Part shown: piece after piece, positions 48,681 through 52,665 of the stretch | Layout of the letters: each line of letters begins with the position of its first letter | How positions within the stretch are numbered: position 1 is the first letter of the stretch | IMG/VR virus record: IMGVR_UViG_3300036856_000037 | Source of the DNA: a virus | Lineage: Duplodnaviria; Heunggongvirae; Uroviricota; Caudoviricetes | Strand: one strand, 5' to 3' | DNA length: 52,665 nt | Program-made: the position numbers and the translations under genes | The notes under the pieces: model-generated | Told to the model about the DNA's origin: nothing | Databases searched by the model: none | The model's input: the letters and a program-made list of their open reading frames with translations, nothing else

Positions 48681-49271
48681 TCACTGCTGTGGCTGGTTCT
48701 GCGTCGCAGCAGGGTTACCCTGGCCGCCCGGGTTGGTCAACGCCGGTGAAGTAGGCGGGACATACGGGGGGAACGATCCTTGGTCAGGACGGACCAATTC
48801 ACTCGTCGGACCAGACGGGGTCGCGTGTTCCGGCGGCGGCGGGCGTGGCACCATGAAGTCCTTCCACGCACCCGGCGGGTTGGGCGCAGGTGCATCGGTA
48901 TTGTCCGGCCACCGGAAGCCGCACATCATGCCACTACCGCCGATGCCCTCACCAAATCCCAGGATGAAGCCGCCACTACCTATATTGGTGCCGCCCACCA
49001 GGTCGCCCAGGTCCCAGCCAAGAGAATGGCAATGCCAATGGCTCCCGTTGATCTCGGTGGGAAAGTCACAGAAGCCGCCCCAGCCACCCATGACGTTGGG
49101 GACGCCCCAGCCGACACCGGGGTACTGGCAGGGGAACGGCGGTGGGTTGGGTGAAGCGTGTGCAGTAGGCGTCCCGAGCCATATCGCAAGGGCCGCGCAA
49201 ACCGACAGAGGCGGCGCCGTTAGCCAGCGCCGCCTCCCTACGTCGGTCAATGCCGAAACGGCTCCGATCAT
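48681..49271 (-). CDS. secreted Cys/Gly/Pro-rich protein (CDGP-like)
   Basis: signal peptide ending AHA; GGFCDFP..GSHWHC..CGFRWPDN; Pro-rich tail. Confidence 0.65.
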   Translation of the reverse strand: MIGAVSALTDVGRRRWLTAPPLSVCAALAIWLGTPTAHASPNPPPFPCQYPGVGWGVPNVMGGWGGFCDFPTEINGSHWHCHSLGWDLGDLVGGTNIGSGGFILGFGEGIGGSGMMCGFRWPDNTDAPAPNPPGAWKDFMVPRPPPPEHATPSGPTSELVRPDQGSFPPYVPPTSPALTNPGGQGNPAATQNQPQQ

Positions 49272-49447
49272 ATGGCGGTGAGAGCCTTCTCGACTGCTGT
49301 GAGGATCGAGAGCGCTTCGCCAATCGGCCCCTTGATGCTGGCCGGGATGAGGCTGAAGTTCTCGGCGAACGTCACCACCTCAGTTAAAGCCGCGACGGCC
49401 TGCTGGACCTCAGTCAGGCTGGGGAGCGAGATATCTTCATTTGCCAT
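49268..49447 (-). CDS. small helical protein in the lysis cassette (59 aa)
   Basis: GAAGGA RBS; ATGA coupling. Confidence 0.55.
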   Translation of the reverse strand: MANEDISLPSLTEVQQAVAALTEVVTFAENFSLIPASIKGPIGEALSILTAVEKALTAI

Positions 49448-49463
49448 GTGTCGTTCCTTCTTC

Positions 49464-49673
49464 TTAGGAGGTAGGAGCCGGCGGCTCCAGGTTCTGCAAT
49501 GCGGTAACCGCAGCAGTCAGGGCGCTCTCATCGGCGTCAGGCAACGGGGTGCTCTGGTTGGCGAGAAGCGTCGTGATGTAGCCGCTGATGGTGGTGGCGG
49601 CGGTCTGGACTTCACTGGCGAAGTTGTCGAGGTCGGTCTGCGCGATCTGGACAACACCGGAGGGGCTGGACAT
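49464..49673 (-). CDS. small helical protein in the lysis cassette
   Basis: AAGG RBS. Confidence 0.6.
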   Translation of the reverse strand: MSSPSGVVQIAQTDLDNFASEVQTAATTISGYITTLLANQSTPLPDADESALTAAVTALQNLEPPAPTS

Positions 49674-49864
49674 TATTCGTGCCTTTCGTGTTGGTGAGGG
49701 TGTTTATTTTCCTCAGGCACAAGCGCCTGAAGTTTTGCGGCTTCAGGCACCAGTGCCTGAAGTTCTGCGATGGCCGCTTCCAGTTTGCTGGTATTGGCCA
49801 TGGGGAGTGCCTGTGACACCAGGCTTCCCACAAAGGTGCCGAAGCTATCCCAAAAACTCATCAT
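49673..49864 (-). CDS. small protein in the lysis cassette
   Basis: TAATG coupling. Confidence 0.55.
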   Translation of the reverse strand: MMSFWDSFGTFVGSLVSQALPMANTSKLEAAIAELQALVPEAAKLQALVPEENKHPHQHERHE

Positions 49865-49870
49865 TCGCCC

Positions 49871-50815
49871 CTAAATGGTGTGTGGCAAACTCAACCCGAG
49901 TTGGTATGCATCTTCGATACAGGCGTTCATCTGCGGGAAGTACTCATAGTGAGGTGCATTCATGCCCGCAGCGAAGAACACCATGGTGTGGAACAGCTCT
50001 TCGATGCCGGCAATCGGGTGCTCGAGCACCTTGGCCAGCGACACGACGTCAGCGAATGTCGGTTGCATGACCACCTGCATGAACAGGTTGCCGATGTCAC
50101 CTTCAGCCGCCGGGTTATTCCACGGGTCCAGGCCCACACTGCAGCAGGAGTAGAGGTCGCCCTTGTTGGCGCAGGAGTAGACCACTGGGCCGCCATCCGG
50201 TGCCGGGTAGTTGGTTTGCTCAGGCGTCAGGTCCAGTCCCAGGCCGATGCCGCCGGTTTCAATACCGTCCTGCTTGATGCTCTCCGGCAGTCCCGCCAGC
50301 GCGTTGCCGTGCGCAATTCCAGGAGAACGGAAGACGTGCCCGAACTGGTAGATGCGGTACACGTAGGGGAGGAGGAAGTGAAGCTGGCCGTCCACCGACA
50401 TGATGTCGTAGACCCACACCTGGTCGACCACCATGGAGCCCTGGCTGTAGCCGCTCAAGATGATGGCCAGGCCGTCGTAATTCCCATAGAGGGAGTACCA
50501 CATGCCCGCGATGGCCTGTAGTCGCGCGACCACCCCGGCGCGACCCTGCTGGACACTGGGCCACATCGGCAGGGTCAATGCCTCATAGCCGATGCAATAG
50601 CTGACCCACAGCCCGTCGAGCATGTTGGCCAGGCCGCCCACCATGCCGGATGAGAAGCCTGCCCACCAGCCGGTGCCGTCATTAAGGATGGGCTGGGGTG
50701 GAGCAGGGGCGCCGGCATACACCGTGCCCTCTACGGCGATGAAGAACCCTGCTGGCCTCCAGTACCGACCCGCCAGCTTCTGGCGGACCGAGACCATCGG
50801 GATTGAGCTGGTCAT
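49871..50815 (-). CDS. lysB: Lysin B (cutinase-like mycolylarabinogalactan esterase)
   Basis: SGYSQGS nucleophile motif, FG...R.PG, GDLYS, H.EY; next to the lysin. Confidence 0.85.
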   Translation of the reverse strand: MTSSIPMVSVRQKLAGRYWRPAGFFIAVEGTVYAGAPAPPQPILNDGTGWWAGFSSGMVGGLANMLDGLWVSYCIGYEALTLPMWPSVQQGRAGVVARLQAIAGMWYSLYGNYDGLAIILSGYSQGSMVVDQVWVYDIMSVDGQLHFLLPYVYRIYQFGHVFRSPGIAHGNALAGLPESIKQDGIETGGIGLGLDLTPEQTNYPAPDGGPVVYSCANKGDLYSCCSVGLDPWNNPAAEGDIGNLFMQVVMQPTFADVVSLAKVLEHPIAGIEELFHTMVFFAAGMNAPHYEYFPQMNACIEDAYQLGLSLPHTI

Positions 50816-51316
50816 TTAGTCAATCGTGTCGTTGGACGGGTTGGAGAAGTTGTCCAGCGGAGTCGCCGCGGACGGCGTGGGGTAGCTGTGCTGGCTCTCT
50901 CCCGGCTGGGCACCGGGGTAGCCCTGGGGCCATGGGCGCAGGCGTGAGGCCAGTTCTTGATAGAGCGTGAACCGGTTACCCGGGGAGCCGATGGCGCCTT
51001 GGTTGGTCGGACACCCGTCAAGGAACCAGTACCACAGCAGCAGCCACACCTTGCGCAGTTCGGCCACATTCCCATAGGGGTCGATGTGACGGCCTACCGC
51101 CTGCTGTCCCGTCCCGGTGACACCGTCATAGGACGCGGAGCTATTGGGCGTGTTGCCACTACCCCAGTTGGTTTCAAAAGGCGTCTTGACGTCGTTGGTC
51201 CCGAACAGGATGCGCGCCAGAATGGGGAGCGACTGGTAGTCCAGCCATGCTCCGGTGCCGGGGTCTTGTCCCGCCAGGTGCGCCGCAACAATCTGGTCAG
51301 CGATGGGTCCAGTCAT
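50816..51316 (-). CDS. hypothetical protein between lysin A and lysin B
   Basis: ATGA coupling. Confidence 0.7.
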   Translation of the reverse strand: MTGPIADQIVAAHLAGQDPGTGAWLDYQSLPILARILFGTNDVKTPFETNWGSGNTPNSSASYDGVTGTGQQAVGRHIDPYGNVAELRKVWLLLWYWFLDGCPTNQGAIGSPGNRFTLYQELASRLRPWPQGYPGAQPGESQHSYPTPSAATPLDNFSNPSNDTID

Positions 51317-52641
51317 TTCTTCTCCTTCTTGGGTGCCCGCAGGCTGACCGGGGACACCGGGATGGCCAACACTTGGCCGGGATAGATCAAATCAGGGTCG
51401 GTGACCTGCGGGTTCGCCGCCAGCAATGCTCCCTCACTGATGCCGAACTGGTTGGCGATGCTGGTGAGGGAGTCACCCGACTGCACCGTATAGGTCTGAC
51501 CCGGCGCGGGACCAGGCGCGGGCGCAGGCGCCGGGGGAGGTGGGGTCACGTCGGCCGGGACGAATTGGCCGAAGTCCGGTGTGTGCGCTTCGTTGATGTC
51601 ACATTCCACCCCATCGACGAACATGTAACCCGCATTGTTGCGTTGCATGATGTTGACTGCCGAGGTGACGTTGCCCCCACTCCACGCTTCGGTCTGCCAG
51701 AGGTAGCGGCAGCCCGTCGCGGCCTGCGCGCGCGTACAGATGTAGTAGCTCCCGTAAATCCCGACGTTCTGGATGCCGCCCAGGACGCTGGCCGCGCCCT
51801 GTAGGTAGTCCTCAATGGGCGCGTCCTCATCGGGTGATTCATCAAAGTCACAGGAGAAGTACACGACGGGCGCGTAGCCGTCTGGAATCGTCCCCGGCGG
51901 CAGCGCCGGGAGCAGGGTGTTGTCGATATAGTCCAGCGCCGCCTGGGCATCACTAACCCCCGCGCTGAACCCGCCGAGCATGAAGTCGGTGGTCGTCTCC
52001 CAGTTGAAGACCACTTGGAGGCCCGAGGAGACGAGGTCGACGAACTCCAGCGCCAGTAGTTGCTTACCCGGTAGCCCCTCACCGCCATCCGTCAGGTAGC
52101 GGCAGACGAAGCTGACGCCGGAAGCCACCAGGCCAGCGCCCGAGCACCGGCCCCCGGCATAGTCGAGTCCTAGTGGATAGCTCATGGGCTGCCTAAAGGT
52201 CGTGTCTTCGGTGATACCGCCGTCATCGTAAACCCACCAGTCGTTCCAGAAGTCGGACGCGATGCCGGTGATTTCCCCTTCTTCTGTGCAGACCCCGTAG
52301 TCGCCGTTGGACTCCATGTCGATGCCGTCGATCTGACACGCCATGTGACTGTCGGGGCCGCCACCGCCGTGCATGATCATCACTTTGATGGGGTAGCTGC
52401 CGTTGACCAGGTCATCCTGGGTGGTCTGCTTGAAGTACTGTGCAACATCGCTGTCGTAGAACGTCTCGGTGCTAAACAGCCGGGTCCAGCTCATCCCCTG
52501 CGGTCCGTTGATGGCGGCGCCGATCATGATGCCGCACAGGCCCGAGCAGTCGGCGCCGACGCCGAAGTTGAAAGGGTCGAACACGCCCGCGTAGTCGTAC
52601 TCGTCGCCGGGGCCTTCATCAATGTCGCGGGGCTGCACCAT
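51313..52641 (-). CDS. lysA: Lysin A: cysteine-peptidase-like domain + DUF1906 (GH25-like) muramidase + LysM
   Basis: ADCSG...SHMAC; GLDYAGG, FVCRYL, VYFSCDFD, GIYG.Y, WQTEAWS; YTVQSGDSLTSIANQFG...LIYPGQVL. Confidence 0.88.
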   Translation of the reverse strand: MVQPRDIDEGPGDEYDYAGVFDPFNFGVGADCSGLCGIMIGAAINGPQGMSWTRLFSTETFYDSDVAQYFKQTTQDDLVNGSYPIKVMIMHGGGGPDSHMACQIDGIDMESNGDYGVCTEEGEITGIASDFWNDWWVYDDGGITEDTTFRQPMSYPLGLDYAGGRCSGAGLVASGVSFVCRYLTDGGEGLPGKQLLALEFVDLVSSGLQVVFNWETTTDFMLGGFSAGVSDAQAALDYIDNTLLPALPPGTIPDGYAPVVYFSCDFDESPDEDAPIEDYLQGAASVLGGIQNVGIYGSYYICTRAQAATGCRYLWQTEAWSGGNVTSAVNIMQRNNAGYMFVDGVECDINEAHTPDFGQFVPADVTPPPPAPAPAPGPAPGQTYTVQSGDSLTSIANQFGISEGALLAANPQVTDPDLIYPGQVLAIPVSPVSLRAPKKEKK

Positions 52642-52665
52642 GGGCTGCTGGTCAGTCGTCAGGCG

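Noticed and set aside
1-52665. Genome-wide UGA-to-Trp recoding suggested by the RF gene
   Set aside because: TGA is the normal stop in dozens of ATGA/TGATG-coupled genes, TGG is used for Trp, and no tRNA with TCA, CTA or TTA anticodon was found.
1-52665. CRISPR array
   Set aside because: No regularly spaced direct repeats with unique spacers; the recurring sequences are tRNA T-arms and promoters.
1-52665. Integrase, attP or transposase
   Set aside because: No tyrosine/serine recombinase or DDE motifs recognised.

Overview
A 52.7 kb segment of a large, GC-rich phage genome, most likely a mycobacteriophage: it has a LysB-type esterase, an NlpC/P60+DUF1906+LysM lysin, actinobacterial RecO, DUF3039 and ANTAR genes, and leaderless promoters. 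It contains about 110 short, tightly coupled ORFs, a 1411-aa repeat tail fibre/depolymerase, and a lysis cassette at the right end. There are 38 tRNA genes covering all 20 amino acids (Met only as initiator-type), grouped largely by amino acid. Main observation: most tRNA clusters are preceded by a tiny leader ORF that spells out the codons read by the tRNAs just downstream. Examples are MRADQRLLRLQMLLRSSSSLRLS before Ser/Leu, MRQHRKHEPERMQNN... before Lys/Glu/Asn/Gln/Met, MLIQGIRRIRSRRQSR before Ile/Arg/Gln, and an AUA-containing leader before tRNA-Ile(UAU). In several cases the leader RNA can base-pair with the 5' acceptor strand of the first tRNA. I infer a ribosome-stalling sensor that produces each tRNA when its codon is starved. 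Also seen: an 81-nt tmRNA tRNA-like domain with no mRNA domain among the Ala tRNAs, anticodon-less tRNA mimics among the Leu tRNAs, a GGQ release-factor gene split by an in-frame UGA, four tRNAs with C33, a 7-copy dyad promoter with PafBC-like spacing, and a di-Gly-terminated protein coupled to a Cys-x-His-Pro partner. Everything was read by eye with no database searches; family names come from recognised motifs.
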